Translations under genes and position numbers: made by a program
In this document: piece by piece, positions 8,744-23,628 of the stretch
How positions within the stretch are numbered: the first letter of the stretch is position 1
Layout: every line of letters starts with the position of its first letter
NCBI GenBank assembly: GCA_011051755.1
Contig: DRKN01000089.1
Span: 4,917-68,916 of the forward strand
Source: Gammaproteobacteria bacterium
Lineage (GTDB): Bacteria; Pseudomonadota; Gammaproteobacteria; SZUA-152
Direction: 5' to 3'
DNA: 64,000 nt
The notes under the pieces: model-generated
The model's input: the letters and a program-made list of their open reading frames with translations, nothing else
The model's database searches: none
What the model was told of the DNA's origin: nothing

Positions 8744-11248
8744 TCAACCCTGCCGCAATACCACCAGCGGTGGACTGCTCACCACCCGCCGCGTACCCAG
8801 CAAACCCGCCAATCCGACACCCAGCCCGCCACCCACCGGCCCCAGCAACCATAACCAAAAATTGACGGTGTATTCCAGCTCCAGCACCTGCGTCGCCAAC
8901 ACGTAGCCCAGCACGCTGGCGAGCGCCGCGGCCAACAACCCTGCCAATGCGCCGAGAGTGACGAACTCGCTGGCCAGACTCTGCCACAGGCGGCTGCGGC
9001 GCGCCCCGAGGGCACGCAGCACGGCATTCTCGCGCAGACGTTCGTCGAGACTGGATTGAATCGCGGCGTACAACACCGTGAGTCCAGCGGCGAGGGTGAA
9101 CAGAAATACATATTTCACCGCCAACACCACACGCTCGATGATACTGCGAATCTGATTCATCAGCGCCGACACATCGATCACCGTAAGATTGGGAAAACGT
9201 TTGATCAGTGCATCCATCTGTGCCACGTGCTGCGGGGCCAGAAAGAAACTGGTGATATAACTGGCCGGATAATCCTGCAGCAGACCCGGCGGCGACAACA
9301 CGAAAAAATTGGCGCGAAAACTGTCCCATTGCACACTGCGCAGGCTGGTCACCGTTGCTGTCACTCTTTGCCCGGCAATGTCGTAAGTCAGTCGATCACC
9401 AAGAGCGATACCGAGGGTACGGGCAATGCCCTCCTCCACGGAAAATTGCGCCACGTCAATGGCGTTCCCTGTTGCATCGAGCGCCCACCACTGGCCAGCG
9501 GTAATGGCATTATCGACTTGTCGTCGTGTCGTCCAGGAAAGATTGAACTCCCGCTCGACAAGACTCTGCGCATGCTCGTCCCGATAGTCACCGGGGCCGA
9601 CCGGCTTGTCATTAATACCCTTCAAGCGCGCGCGCACCATGGGGTAAAACGTCGCCTCAGGCAGTCCCGTATCACGGAAAAAGGCCTGTACATCGGCCAG
9701 CTGACCGGGTTGAATATTGATCACGAAGCGATTCGGCGCATCCACCGGCAACCGCCCCGCCCACGCGTCCAGCAGGTCATCGTGCACCACGCCCAACAAC
9801 AGCAACACCATCAAGCCCAGGCCGAAGGCCATCACCTGCGCCACGCTGGCCCCGGGCCGGCGGCTCAGGTTGGCCAGTCCGAAGCGCCATGCCACCTGCC
9901 CCCGGCGCGGCAACCGCCGCAACAAGCGCACCAGCAACGCCGCACCCAGCCACAGCACCAGTGCGGTAACGGTGATCCCGGCGATCATCGCCAGAGCCAG
10001 CGGCCCATCACCCGCCTGCCACCCGATCAACGTGGCGAGGATCAGCAGTCCCAGCAAATAAGAACCGGCACTGGCCGGGCGCAGTCCCCCCAGTTCACGA
10101 CGCAGCACACGCAGGGTCGGCACCGACTTGAGCTGTATCACCGGCGGCAGGGCAAAGCCCAGCAAGCCACCCAGGGCCACGGCCATCCCCATCAACACCG
10201 GCAGCAATGAAGCCGGCGGCAAACTCACCATAAATAGCGGCCCCAGCAGCGTCACCAACACCCCCTGCGCGGCAAAGCCCAGCAGCGAACCGAGCAACCC
10301 CGCCAGCAGGCCGAGGGTGGACATCTGCCACAAAAACAAACGGTTGATCTGTCCCTGCCGCGCACCCAGACAGCGCAGCACGGCACAGGTGTCGAGGTGA
10401 CGACGGGCAAAGCGCCGCGCCGCCATGGCGATGGCCACGCAGGCCAACACCACGCCCACCACGGCGGCCAGACCGAGAAACTGTTGCGCCCGCTGCAAGG
10501 CATTGCGAACCTCCGGACGCGCATCGCGCACGCCCTCCATGCGTTCGCCCGCGCCAAGGCGATTCATTATCGCTGAGCGAAAATGCGCCACGGCATCGCT
10601 CTCCCCTGCCAGCAGCAGCGTGTATTGCATGCGGCTGCCTTCCTGTTCCAGGCCACTGGCGGGCAGATCGGCGAGATTCATCAACAGGCGCGGGGCAATG
10701 CTGAACATGGCGCCGCTGCGATCCGGCTCATAACGGAGTACGGCAGCGATGCGCAGCGTAACATCGCCGACCTCGACGCGATCCCCCACCTCAAGCCCGA
10801 GCTGCTGCAACAGCAGCGGTTCCACCCACACCGCACCGCGCGGTGGCGGCCCCGTGCGGATCCGGGTGGCCGCGAACGGCGCCGATGCCGTGCGCAACTG
10901 GCCACGCAGGGGATAACCCGGCCCAGCGGCCTTGATCTCCGCCAGCCGCGCACCTTCACCCGCCATCACCATACTGCGGAAGGCACGGAATTCGGCGTGG
11001 CGCAGGCCCAATGTCTCGGCCCGTGTCCGCCATGCCGGCGGAAGCGGGTGATCGGCCAGCAGCCGCAGATCGGCGCCCAGCAGTTCACCGGCCTGACGGC
11101 CCAGGGCCTGACCGATGCGATCAGTGAAAAAAGCCACTGCGGTGACGCAGGTGACGGCGATCAGCAATGCCGCCAACAGCACCCGTAGCTCACCGCTGCG
11201 CCAGTCACGCCGCAGCAGGCGCAGCGCCAGCCGCATCATGCGGTGCAC
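8744..11248 (-). CDS. ybbP: ABC transporter permease with duplicated FtsX domains (YbbP family)
   Basis: 834 aa with many TM helices. It lies directly downstream of the YbbA-like ATPase, and tesA is divergent, so the synteny tesA<>ybbA-ybbP matches E. coli. Confidence 0.8.
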   Translation of the reverse strand: MHRMMRLALRLLRRDWRSGELRVLLAALLIAVTCVTAVAFFTDRIGQALGRQAGELLGADLRLLADHPLPPAWRTRAETLGLRHAEFRAFRSMVMAGEGARLAEIKAAGPGYPLRGQLRTASAPFAATRIRTGPPPRGAVWVEPLLLQQLGLEVGDRVEVGDVTLRIAAVLRYEPDRSGAMFSIAPRLLMNLADLPASGLEQEGSRMQYTLLLAGESDAVAHFRSAIMNRLGAGERMEGVRDARPEVRNALQRAQQFLGLAAVVGVVLACVAIAMAARRFARRHLDTCAVLRCLGARQGQINRLFLWQMSTLGLLAGLLGSLLGFAAQGVLVTLLGPLFMVSLPPASLLPVLMGMAVALGGLLGFALPPVIQLKSVPTLRVLRRELGGLRPASAGSYLLGLLILATLIGWQAGDGPLALAMIAGITVTALVLWLGAALLVRLLRRLPRRGQVAWRFGLANLSRRPGASVAQVMAFGLGLMVLLLLGVVHDDLLDAWAGRLPVDAPNRFVINIQPGQLADVQAFFRDTGLPEATFYPMVRARLKGINDKPVGPGDYRDEHAQSLVEREFNLSWTTRRQVDNAITAGQWWALDATGNAIDVAQFSVEEGIARTLGIALGDRLTYDIAGQRVTATVTSLRSVQWDSFRANFFVLSPPGLLQDYPASYITSFFLAPQHVAQMDALIKRFPNLTVIDVSALMNQIRSIIERVVLAVKYVFLFTLAAGLTVLYAAIQSSLDERLRENAVLRALGARRSRLWQSLASEFVTLGALAGLLAAALASVLGYVLATQVLELEYTVNFWLWLLGPVGGGLGVGLAGLLGTRRVVSSPPLVVLRQG

Positions 11249-11937
11249 ACCAGGCGGCCATCATGCAGACTGAGCACGCGGTCACAACGGGCCGCCAGCT
11301 CACGGTCATGGGTCACCAGCACCAGGGTGGTGGCCTGCTCGCGATTGAGGTCAAACAACAGTTGGATGACCCGCTCGCCAGTGTGCGAATCGAGATTACC
11401 CGTCGGCTCGTCCGCCAGCAGCAGCGACGGCCCGACGGCAAAAGCACGGGCGATGGCGACGCGCTGCTGTTCACCGCCGGAGAGTTGCAGGGGCGTGTGT
11501 TGCAGACGCTCGCCCAGCCCCACCCACACCAACACATCTGCGGCCCGATGCCGGGCATCATTGCGTCCCGCCAACTCCAGTGGCAGCATGACATTCTCCA
11601 GCGCCGTGAGCATGGGCAACAGCTGGAAGGACTGAAACACGAAACCCAGTTTTTCGGCGCGCAGGCTGGCGCGATCATCTTCGCCGAGGGCGCTAAGATC
11701 CACACCGTCCAGCAGCACCCGTCCACGGCTGGGGTCGTCCAGTCCCGCCAACAGTCCCAGCAGGGTGGACTTGCCGGAACCCGATGGCCCGGTGATGGCC
11801 ACCGATTCAGCGGCGAGAATGTCCAGGTCGATGTCGCCCAAAATCGTCAGCCAGCCATCGCTTTCGCCCGCCAGCGACGGCACATCCTTGCCCAGCCCCT
11901 CCACTTTCAGCACAACCTCATTTAAGCTCTGCAACAT
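11236..11937 (-). CDS. ybbA: ABC transporter ATP-binding protein (YbbA/LolD-like)
   Basis: It has Walker [10 protein letters not shown], the LSGGEQQR signature and Walker B LLLADEPT. The start was chosen at MLQSLNEV (11935-11937) by alignment with E. coli YbbA. Upstream in-frame codons would run into tesA. Confidence 0.75.
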   Translation of the reverse strand: MLQSLNEVVLKVEGLGKDVPSLAGESDGWLTILGDIDLDILAAESVAITGPSGSGKSTLLGLLAGLDDPSRGRVLLDGVDLSALGEDDRASLRAEKLGFVFQSFQLLPMLTALENVMLPLELAGRNDARHRAADVLVWVGLGERLQHTPLQLSGGEQQRVAIARAFAVGPSLLLADEPTGNLDSHTGERVIQLLFDLNREQATTLVLVTHDRELAARCDRVLSLHDGRLVCTA

Positions 11938-12550
11938 GCGACTCACTATCCTCATGGTTTTATTCTGCGCCGGGCTCTTCGCCGGCACCGCCACAGCGGC
12001 CCCGGTGATCCTGGTCATGGGAGACAGTTTAAGCGCCAGCCACGGTATCGACCAGCAGCAGGGCTGGGTAAGCCTGCTGGCAGCCCGCCTGCAACGGGAA
12101 GGATTCCCGCATCATGTCGTCAACACCAGCATCAGCGGCGAGACCACCGCCGGCGGACTCAGCCGTCTCGGGCCGGCACTGGCGCAACATCAAGCGGCCA
12201 TCGTCATCATCGAGCTGGGCGCCAACGACGGCCTGCGCGGCCTGCCATTGACGCAGGTGCGCGACAACCTGCAAAAAATGATTACCGCGGCAAAGAGCCG
12301 GGGCGCCAGCGTACTGCTGATCGGCATGCGCCTACCACCCAACTACGGACCGCGTTATACCCGCGGCTTTCAAAACATTTATTTGGAGTTGGCAAAAGAA
12401 AACAGTATCGCCGTGCTGCCGTTTCTGCTGGAGAGCGTCTCCGAGAAACGCGAATGGATGCAGGCCGACAATTTGCACCCAAATGCCGCCGCTCAACCTA
12501 GATTACTGGAAAACGTCTGGCCAGCCCTGCTGCCCCTGCTAAAGAAATAA
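11936..12550 (+). CDS. tesA: Acyl-CoA thioesterase I / lysophospholipase L1, SGNH (GDSL) hydrolase
   Basis: Signal peptide [21 protein letters not shown], then the GDSLSA block and GANDGLRG. The ORF-track entry starting at 11765 is over-extended. Confidence 0.85.
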   Translation: MRLTILMVLFCAGLFAGTATAAPVILVMGDSLSASHGIDQQQGWVSLLAARLQREGFPHHVVNTSISGETTAGGLSRLGPALAQHQAAIVIIELGANDGLRGLPLTQVRDNLQKMITAAKSRGASVLLIGMRLPPNYGPRYTRGFQNIYLELAKENSIAVLPFLLESVSEKREWMQADNLHPNAAAQPRLLENVWPALLPLLKK

Positions 12551-12555
12551 CCCCG

Positions 12556-12624
12556 TAGGGTGGACACCGCCCACCAATACCGGTTTCTATCATTCGCAGA
12601 AATGGTGGGCAATGCCCACCCTAC
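12556..12624. repeat. REPIN, family B (GTAGGGTGGGCAnnGCCCACC inverted doublet)
   Basis: cgtagggtggacaccgcccacc ... ggtgggcaatgcccaccctac in inverted orientation. The family recurs at 17430, 28637, 39486/39536, 45666 and 59131/59176. Confidence 0.8.
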
Positions 12625-12689
12625 CTGATCGAATGACGAATTAAACCAGACCATCCTCAAATTTTTCCAGTGCACTCTTTGATTTTACG

Positions 12690-12722
12690 CCGTTACATTT
12701 AACTTGCCCCTGAGCTATTGGG
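12690..12722. repeat. Short intergenic repeat, family G (CCGTTACATTTAaCTTGC...TATTGGG); second copy at 53424-53479
   Basis: A ~30-55 nt near-identical block found in two unrelated intergenic regions, each just beyond a REPIN. Confidence 0.5.
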
Positions 12723-12780
12723 GTGCGCTGCTCGGCTTTAGCATCCTGCGTCACCCGACCTCCTATCTAACCGGAAAAAC

Positions 12781-14253
12781 TCACAACGACAATATCTTCA
12801 ACACCGGCTCACTCCGTTTCGGGTCGTCACGAAACCCGGAAACCACCAACACGGTGTGACCCGGTTTGGTCAGGCCGCAACAGGGATTGATGTCGGCACA
12901 GAGCTTGCGCCAGTCTTCGATGGCGGGGCGTTCACGATACACGGGCACGATACCCCAATGCAGTGACAGGCGGCGGCAAATTGCTACAAAATCACAGACA
13001 CCCACCATCGGTGCAATGGCGCGATGGGCGGCGAGCACCCGCGCCGTGGTGCCCGAGCCGGTGGGGATGATCATGGCCTGCAATTTCAAATCGCTGGACA
13101 GGGTCTGCGCAGCATGGGCAATAGCCTCGCGAGTGCTGTAGTCGCTTTTGCGGCGGTCGCCGAAGACGACGCTGCCAAAGCGTCCTTCCTCCCATTGGTG
13201 GCGCTCCGTTTCGCGCAGCACGCGATCCATGGTCTGCACGGATTCCAGCGGATATTGTCCGCTGGCGGTTTCAGCGGACAGCATCACCGCGTCGGTGCCG
13301 GTTTCGGCGGCGTTGGCCACGTCGCCCACTTCGGCGCGCGTGGGACGCGAGTGGCTGATCATGGATTCCAGCATCTGCGTGGCGACGATCACCGGCACAT
13401 GCGCACGGCGCGCCTTATTGATCAGTTCGCGCTGGATCAGCGGCACCTTTTCCGCCGGCAGCTCGATGCCCAGATCACCGCGCGCCACCATGATGCCGTA
13501 GGACTGGGCGAGTATCTCGTCGATATTCGCCACCGCCTCCGGCCGCTCGATCTTGCTGACCACGGGAATTTCTGTGCCATTGCGTTTCATGAAACGTTGC
13601 AGCCGCGCGACGTCCGCGGCACTGCGCACAAAACTCAGGGCCACGAAATCGGCTTGCAGTTCCATGGCCAACAGCGCGTCCACCTTGTCTTTTTCGGTAA
13701 ATGCCGGCGTCGATACCGTGGAATCAGGCAGGTTCATGCCCTTGTGATCTTTTAGCGGGCCGCCATGCACCACACGGCACAGCACCTCGGTGCCCTTCAC
13801 CGACAGCACCATCAGCTCCAGGTTGCCATCATCCAAGAGAATGCGTTCAGCCTTTTTCACGTCCTTGTGCAGCTTGCGGTATTGTGAGGGGATCAGGTTC
13901 TTTTCACCCAACACATTGCGGCTGGTAACGGTGACTCGTTCGCCGCTGGAAAGAGTGATCATGTCATCACGAAAACGGCCGGCACGGATCTTCGGCCCGC
14001 ACAGATCCATGAGTATCGCCACGTGACAGCCCAACTGTTCGGCAACACTGCGCACCCGCGCAAACAGTGCCCGATGACCGTCGTGATCTCCGTGGGACAT
14101 ATTCAAGCGCACCACGTTGACCCCCGCCTTGAGCAGACGGCGGATAGCACTCACCGAATGGCTCGCTGGCCCCAGGGTGGCAATGATCTTGGTGCGACGC
14201 CACTTCAGGGCGACCTTTTTCTGATTAATGAGGGACACCGGTTTCTCCTTCAT
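12781..14253 (-). CDS. pyk: Pyruvate kinase
   Basis: RTKIIATLGP near the N-terminus, MVARGDLGIE and the core signature. The start was set at MKEKPVSL (14251-14253) with an AAGGAG RBS. The longer track ORF is an upstream extension. Confidence 0.9.
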   Translation of the reverse strand: MKEKPVSLINQKKVALKWRRTKIIATLGPASHSVSAIRRLLKAGVNVVRLNMSHGDHDGHRALFARVRSVAEQLGCHVAILMDLCGPKIRAGRFRDDMITLSSGERVTVTSRNVLGEKNLIPSQYRKLHKDVKKAERILLDDGNLELMVLSVKGTEVLCRVVHGGPLKDHKGMNLPDSTVSTPAFTEKDKVDALLAMELQADFVALSFVRSAADVARLQRFMKRNGTEIPVVSKIERPEAVANIDEILAQSYGIMVARGDLGIELPAEKVPLIQRELINKARRAHVPVIVATQMLESMISHSRPTRAEVGDVANAAETGTDAVMLSAETASGQYPLESVQTMDRVLRETERHQWEEGRFGSVVFGDRRKSDYSTREAIAHAAQTLSSDLKLQAMIIPTGSGTTARVLAAHRAIAPMVGVCDFVAICRRLSLHWGIVPVYRERPAIEDWRKLCADINPCCGLTKPGHTVLVVSGFRDDPKRSEPVLKILSL

Positions 14254-14375
14254 GCGCTTTTGTCGGGCGGTCAGGCTTGGGAAATACGCTGCACAGAGAA
14301 TAGCGGAAAAACCAGGGAATGGTTGAAATGCCGATTGCCCTCGTGACATGGCCCGCGGAGTCATACAAAAAAGCC

Positions 14376-14545
14376 GGAGCGGGCCATGCCCGCGATAGTT
14401 TTGCCCTTACGCCACAGAGATTATTGTTTTGGAGATTGTGGGAACGACTTCAGCTGCGAATAAAACCAGCCTTCTTCGCAACTGAAGTCGCTCCCGTAGA
14501 TTGATGATTTTCCCACCGATGATCACGGGCATGGCCCGCTCCTAC
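14376..14545. repeat. REPIN, family A doublet, with an internal 16-bp inverted repeat (cgacttcagctgcgaa / ttcgcaactgaagtcg at 14441-14495)
   Basis: ggagcgggccatgcccgcgat ... atcacgggcatggcccgctcctac. A degenerate half-copy lies at 14348-14361. Confidence 0.8.
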
Positions 14546-14558
14546 ACTTTCGGCACGC

Positions 14559-15281
14559 CTACAAAAGATATTTCAGATACAGCCCGGCCAGAGCCAGATC
14601 TTCGGGATGGGTAATTTTGATGTTGTCAGCGTGGCTTTCCACCAGCAGGGGGGCATGCCCGGCCCGCTCCATGGCGGAGGCTTCGTCGGTGACGAGGGCA
14701 GTGGCCGCCAACGCCTGTCGTAAAGCATCGCGCAGTTCGCCAAGACGAAACATCTGCGGGGTCTGCGCGTGCCAGAGCTGGTTGCGATCCATAGTCTCCC
14801 GCACATTCCGTGCAGCATCTGCACGCTTGAGGGTGTCCTTTACCGGCACCGCCAGCAAACCACCCACCGGATGCGCTGCACAACGCCGAATCAATTCATC
14901 GATATCTTCGCTACGCAGACAGGGACGCGCGGCATCGTGCACCAGCACCCAGTCCTGCTCAACCACCTGTGCAGAGAGTGTTTGCAAGGCATTCAATACA
15001 GAGTGACAGCGCTCGTCACCACCTTCGGCGAGCCACAGAGGTTTGTCCGTTTCGATCTTGACTTTCGGCCACCAACCGTCATCACTGGAAATAGCGACTA
15101 CGGCACCGCTGATGCATGGATGGGCCAACAGGCGTTGCAGGGTATGCTCGATGACGGTTTTCTCCAGCAGGGGAAGATATTGCTTGGGCCGCTCGGCCTG
15201 CATGCGGGCACCAACACCGGCGGCCGGAACAACGGCCCAGTAGCGGAGGCTGGCGGCAAGATCAGGGGAATCAGTCACCAT
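14559..15281 (-). CDS. ispD: 2-C-methyl-D-erythritol 4-phosphate cytidylyltransferase
   Basis: The MVTDSPD start is at 15279-15281, followed by [11 protein letters not shown]. Size and synteny, downstream of ftsB-eno, fit IspD. The track M1 is a TTG upstream extension. Confidence 0.8.
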   Translation of the reverse strand: MVTDSPDLAASLRYWAVVPAAGVGARMQAERPKQYLPLLEKTVIEHTLQRLLAHPCISGAVVAISSDDGWWPKVKIETDKPLWLAEGGDERCHSVLNALQTLSAQVVEQDWVLVHDAARPCLRSEDIDELIRRCAAHPVGGLLAVPVKDTLKRADAARNVRETMDRNQLWHAQTPQMFRLGELRDALRQALAATALVTDEASAMERAGHAPLLVESHADNIKITHPEDLALAGLYLKYLL

Positions 15282-15795
15282 GACGATTTCTTCCAGAAAA
15301 CACCTTTTGTGCAACAGACTCTTCGGTCAGACAAATTTTGAAGATTGGCAGAAAGCGACCAGGAATACTCGCGGACTCCCTCTTGCCCGTAAGCCTGCCG
15401 CCCGCCGCCCGATAAAAATTCTCGGCATTTGGATCCCCCTGAATAATCAAGGTACGCCCGCCAGCGGTTTCTGCACGTTTTTTTGCATGTGTGATCAATG
15501 CCCGACCTATGCCCGAACCTATGTATCTTGGCTCGACAAATAGCGCTTCCAACTCAAACTCTGCTGCGGACAAGCGTTCGAGGGCGTAGTAACCAACGAT
15601 GACACCATGATGTTCTGCAACCACATAGCAAAATCGGCTATTTTCCAAATGACTTTGCGGGACAGACAGTTCTTCGCGACATGCGTCCATGAATTCACGT
15701 GAATAACCCCAATATGCCTTGGAGCGCATGGCAAGCCCGCTCAATTCAGAGGCCTCATCCCGCCGTGCGTTTCGTATCACGATATCCATGGACAT
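15271..15795 (-). CDS. GNAT-family N-acetyltransferase
   Basis: 174 aa with the acetyl-CoA motif GIGRALI. It is inserted between ftsB and ispD, and its stop overlaps the ispD start by 11 nt. Confidence 0.7.
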   Translation of the reverse strand: MSMDIVIRNARRDEASELSGLAMRSKAYWGYSREFMDACREELSVPQSHLENSRFCYVVAEHHGVIVGYYALERLSAAEFELEALFVEPRYIGSGIGRALITHAKKRAETAGGRTLIIQGDPNAENFYRAAGGRLTGKRESASIPGRFLPIFKICLTEESVAQKVFSGRNRHGD

Positions 15796-15825
15796 GGTTT
15801 AACCGGATTCATCACCTTGGGATAT

Positions 15826-17413
<1,588 letters not shown>

Positions 17414-17429
17414 TTAAAGTCGGTTGATC

Positions 17430-17498
17430 GTAGGGTGGGCACTGCCCACCGGGAATTTTATAACTTATTGTAGGTTGGGGTGGGGAACGAACCCCAAC

Positions 17499-17502
<4 letters not shown>
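17430..17502. repeat. REP family B single copy (17430-17450) plus a family-D palindrome GTAGGTTGGGGTGGGGAACGAACCCCAACCTAC (17470-17502)
   Basis: The family-D palindrome overlaps the kdsA stop codon. A related GTTGGGGTTCG motif occurs at about 29560-29590. Confidence 0.7.
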
Positions 17503-19969
<2,467 letters not shown>

Positions 19970-20419
19970 TCAGGTGGAACAGTGGATTCAGGAAGGGGCA
20001 AAAGGGTAGCAGAATGGCGTGAATTGCTCAATGGCGGCCAACCGGAAGCCTGTACCCGGACGCTACAGAGCCACACCCTGCCCGGTGGCGGAATGCAGCA
20101 ACAAAACCATATTTTACAAAGGGATAAAGACACCCGGGCTGGGCTGGTTAAGCGCCCAATAGTGCTTGAATACAGCTTCAAGAATCCCGTCAGTCAGGCT
20201 CACTTCATCACCTTGTGTGGCACATCGGTTCCGGCTTCCATCATTTCCCCGGTTTTCAGGACATTGCCCGGGCCACCCGGCAGCCCGGGCCGGAATGCAT
20301 CAATGATTTCTATCACGTCAGCGCGGCACACTGGAACCCTGCCGTACAACATACCGATGATCGTCACTGGCTCAGTGAGCCGTCAGAAAAAGCAACCCCG
20401 CCCCCTTTTCTGTCATCAC

Positions 20420-20848
20420 CTACTTGATTTCCAATAATTGCATCTTGTGTGCAAAATATTCAAACACCTTTCGCTCTCTACCAATATTGCATGCGCCACT
20501 TGTTTTTGTTACTGAACTTGGATAAACAATGCCATTGTTTGCAACAGCGACAGCCGTATATTTCGCAATACACCGCTCCTTATTTTCTGCTAGTGTCTCG
20601 ATTAGCAAAACATAAAAATTCCCAATCCGCTCTGCATGAGGAATATTGGTTTGAGAATGATGAATAAACCGGCAATTCTTCGATGATTCTTTCTCAAAGA
20701 AATGAATTTTTTCCATTTTACCTTTTGGCTGTGTCACTGATAGCGTACAATTTGCATTTAGCTCCAGCTTGGAGTCAAAGATTAATAGTGGGCCGGCATA
20801 TGAACAACCTGTGACCGTAAAAAAAATTACAAAAGAAAAACTTTTCAT
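20420..20848 (-). CDS. tai4: Putative Tai4-like immunity lipoprotein (cognate to the upstream Tae4)
   Basis: The start MKSFSFVIFFTVTGCSY gives a signal peptide and a lipobox Cys. About 142 aa. The 4-nt ATGA overlap with the tae4 stop is the usual effector/immunity coupling. The local GC is far below that of the flanking genes. Confidence 0.5.
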   Translation of the reverse strand: MKSFSFVIFFTVTGCSYAGPLLIFDSKLELNANCTLSVTQPKGKMEKIHFFEKESSKNCRFIHHSQTNIPHAERIGNFYVLLIETLAENKERCIAKYTAVAVANNGIVYPSSVTKTSGACNIGRERKVFEYFAHKMQLLEIK

Positions 20849-21279
20849 GGCAGTGTCCACATCCAAATCGTTTTTGCATCCCAATATGAGTCCCCGACAG
20901 CAACGTTGTTTTCCCATAAATCGATATGACCCTGACCGTTAAAACCAGGGACATTCATATAACAAACAACTCCTTTTTTTCCAATCGCGTTTGCGGGAGC
21001 CGATCCACTTGGCTGGGCATTCCAACCGAGAGTTCGCATTCCCCATACGCTCGGTAGAGCTAAAATAGAAGCTAAATCCTGGGCGCCACGAATATAACCA
21101 TGAGGACACTTGTTCTTCGGGGATCTTTTGAAGGCATCTAAAAGCTTTGGGTCAGCCCTGACAAGTGCTTCACTCATTCGTATTGCGCACGTATTGGGAA
21201 AATGCATTGAGCATGTGTGTATCTGTGTAGACTGTGTTTTATAATTTGTTTTCACTTTTGTAAACGCAGGCTTCATCAT
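20845..21279 (-). CDS. tae4: Tae4-family type VI secretion amidase effector (peptidoglycan DL-endopeptidase)
   Basis: 144 aa. NTCAIRMSEAL matches the Tae4 catalytic-Cys block (N-A-C-P-I-R-M-S in Salmonella/Enterobacter Tae4). The C-terminal GQGHIDLWEN...WMWTLP matches the Tae4 His block and C-terminus. A GAGGAG RBS is present. Confidence 0.7.
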   Translation of the reverse strand: MMKPAFTKVKTNYKTQSTQIHTCSMHFPNTCAIRMSEALVRADPKLLDAFKRSPKNKCPHGYIRGAQDLASILALPSVWGMRTLGWNAQPSGSAPANAIGKKGVVCYMNVPGFNGQGHIDLWENNVAVGDSYWDAKTIWMWTLP

Positions 21280-21592
21280 CCACTGATTCTCCTCGGTATG
21301 TTAATTTTTGGCCAACTTATTAGTATTGATAGTTGCGTAAATATTCGCAGTCGTTCCTCCTTGTTACCTGGGGAAAACACTTGTTTTCATGCGAGAACAT
21401 ACACAACTGTTAATATTAAGCATAAGAGCCCTATTTCCCTGCAATATTAGACCAAAAATCAGGCAATAACATTCGACAATCACCTAAAAACAAGCCAATT
21501 CGCCTTGATGTCTTTATAACGCCATAAAATTCAGGCATGTTTTCGTTATTCAAACACCTAAACAAGTAGCGGGACGCTATAAACAACTTTCG

Positions 21593-22717
21593 TCACGCCT
21601 CGCGCCGCAGCATGGCCAGGCATTCCACATGCCAGGTCTGTGGAAAGAAGTCGTAGGGTTGCAGCCGCTCCACCCGATAACCTGCCATGCATAGGCGTTG
21701 CAGATCACGCGACAGGGTGCCGGCACTACAGGACAGATAGGCCATACGCTGCGGACGGTAGTCTTCGCAGATCCAGTCGAGCACCGCCGGTTCCAGCCCG
21801 CTGCGCGGTGGATTCACGTACAGCAGACGTTCGCCGGGCGCCGCCACCCATTCACGCACCTGCGGCAGACGCTGTGCGCAAGGGCCGCGCAACACCGGCA
21901 CCCCCGGGGCGTTGTGCGCTGCACAGGCCACCGCCTCGGCGCCAATCTCCACCCCCAGCACGCGTGCGCCAGCCTGCTGCCAACACCGCAGGGTGCGGCC
22001 GCTGCCACAATAGAGATCAACGATCCGGGTATGCGCATCCGGTGCCAGGAACGCCTGCGCGGCATCGAGAGATTGGGCATAGAGTGCCGGGATCAGCTGC
22101 TGAAAGGCGCTGGGCCCATAGCGCATGCCCGCCTCGTCCGTGGAATACGGCACGCCCCACAACAAGTGCCAGCCGTTCTTGTGAAACAGGCGTTTGCCGG
22201 CAGAGGGGAACAGCTGTAACCAGAGCCCCTCGACGCCGGCCCGGTGCAGGGCCTGTACGGTGTCGGCATTGAACCAGGCATTGTCGGGTGGCCTCGCCGT
22301 CTTTAGCACCAGGGTGACCTGTGCCCCCGCCTGCACATAGAAGGCAAGGGGAAAATGCGCCGCGGCGGGCAATACTTGCAGCAGCGCGGCGAGGGTTTTT
22401 CGCACCCGCACGCTGTGCACCGGGCAAGCGCGGATATCGATAACCTCGTCGCGCCGCATCAGGCCGATGCGCCATTCATCACACGCATCCCCGCCGGCCA
22501 CCCACTGCGCCGTCAACGTCACCCGGTCACGATAGGCCCAGCGCCGTGTGCCGCTCACCACACGGATCGGCGCCAGACATTCGCGCCACGGCGCCAACGC
22601 GCCGGTCAGCCAGCCGAGCTTCTGTGTCTCACTGGCCCGTGCCGACAGGGCGCGATGGGCACAGCCGTTGCAGTCCACCCGGCAACCCGCAACCCGTGTT
22701 ACCGCAGGGCTCGGCAT
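21593..22717 (-). CDS. rlmC: 23S rRNA (uracil-5-)-methyltransferase RlmC/RumB-like
   Basis: 374 aa. It has an N-terminal Cys cluster (C..C..C plus a fourth Cys) for the Fe-S centre, then DLYCGSGRT, VNPPRSG, the nucleophile SCS and a C-terminal YxxxRxxxxDxFPxTxHxE block collinear with E. coli RlmC. Confidence 0.7.
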   Translation of the reverse strand: MPSPAVTRVAGCRVDCNGCAHRALSARASETQKLGWLTGALAPWRECLAPIRVVSGTRRWAYRDRVTLTAQWVAGGDACDEWRIGLMRRDEVIDIRACPVHSVRVRKTLAALLQVLPAAAHFPLAFYVQAGAQVTLVLKTARPPDNAWFNADTVQALHRAGVEGLWLQLFPSAGKRLFHKNGWHLLWGVPYSTDEAGMRYGPSAFQQLIPALYAQSLDAAQAFLAPDAHTRIVDLYCGSGRTLRCWQQAGARVLGVEIGAEAVACAAHNAPGVPVLRGPCAQRLPQVREWVAAPGERLLYVNPPRSGLEPAVLDWICEDYRPQRMAYLSCSAGTLSRDLQRLCMAGYRVERLQPYDFFPQTWHVECLAMLRREA

Positions 22718-22727
22718 GTCTTTTGAA

Positions 22728-23228
22728 CTACTCTATGCGCGCCTTGCGCATCATCTCTTCGCGGTCACGGCGCGGCTGGCGAGAGCCATCCTCAGCCTCC
22801 TCCCAGACTTCCTCGCGCATGAAGCGAACCACAATGGCCTTACCGGCCACCTGCCGGCGCAACTTGCGCAGCACCTCCAGCACCTTGTCCTGTTCTTCAC
22901 GTTCGATAACGCCGTAGATGGTGACCACCAGCCGCCGCGGCTGCGCCTCGCCCATCACCGCGGGGCGATCCTGAAACTTCCCCTGTACGGGAAAATCATA
23001 ACGCTCGATCAGCGTGTCGACGATCTGCTGCACGTCGCGCTGATCCTGATCCGAGGCACCCCAGTTGGAGGAAAAAGCCAGTAACAGCATCATGGAAATC
23101 GCAAAGGCCACCAGGGCATATTCACCCATGTGCGGCTTGATGCCGTGTTTGTAGCGCAGGTAGGCCCACACCAGAATACTGATGGGAAAGACCACATAAA
23201 CGAGAATAACCAGCAACGCCTGAACCAT
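22728..23228 (-). CDS. Hypothetical membrane protein (two N-terminal TM helices, charged C-terminal half)
   Basis: 166 aa. Its stop is 10 nt from the rlmC start. No recognisable family. Confidence 0.5.
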   Translation of the reverse strand: MVQALLVILVYVVFPISILVWAYLRYKHGIKPHMGEYALVAFAISMMLLLAFSSNWGASDQDQRDVQQIVDTLIERYDFPVQGKFQDRPAVMGEAQPRRLVVTIYGVIEREEQDKVLEVLRKLRRQVAGKAIVVRFMREEVWEEAEDGSRQPRRDREEMMRKARIE

Positions 23229-23628
23229 GATGCAGTACCTTGTTTAAGTCCGCGCTGAATCCGTGGATTCAGGCACGAAAAAACGTTCTATAAAAAATAC
23301 CGTAGCCGAAAAATCCCACCAACAGCAGATCACACGACAACGGCGCACTGCCACCCCATGCACCGATACAAAACCGCTGATTTCGACTCACGGCAAGACT
23401 TCCATTGTACAGGAAAAGGACGCAGGCCCGTTCATTCTGTCACGGTTGTCCCCGGGTCAGCGAAACAGCAAGATGCCAATGATGGACTGCGCGGCAAAAC
23501 CTTCGAACAGGCCGTCTGACACCTGCCGTCGAAGGTGAAAACCCGGCCACAGTGAAGAATCCCACCGCCTTGCCGCTAATGCTAGTACTCCGCCCCGACA
23601 ATATTGACGGATTTTCAAGGACTTCCGC

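Noticed and set aside
9056-10210. 384-aa plus-strand ORF, and other long plus-strand ORFs within 8568-11188
   Set aside because: Antisense to the YbbP permease gene. Their Arg/Gln/His-rich low-complexity composition is typical of GC-rich shadow ORFs.
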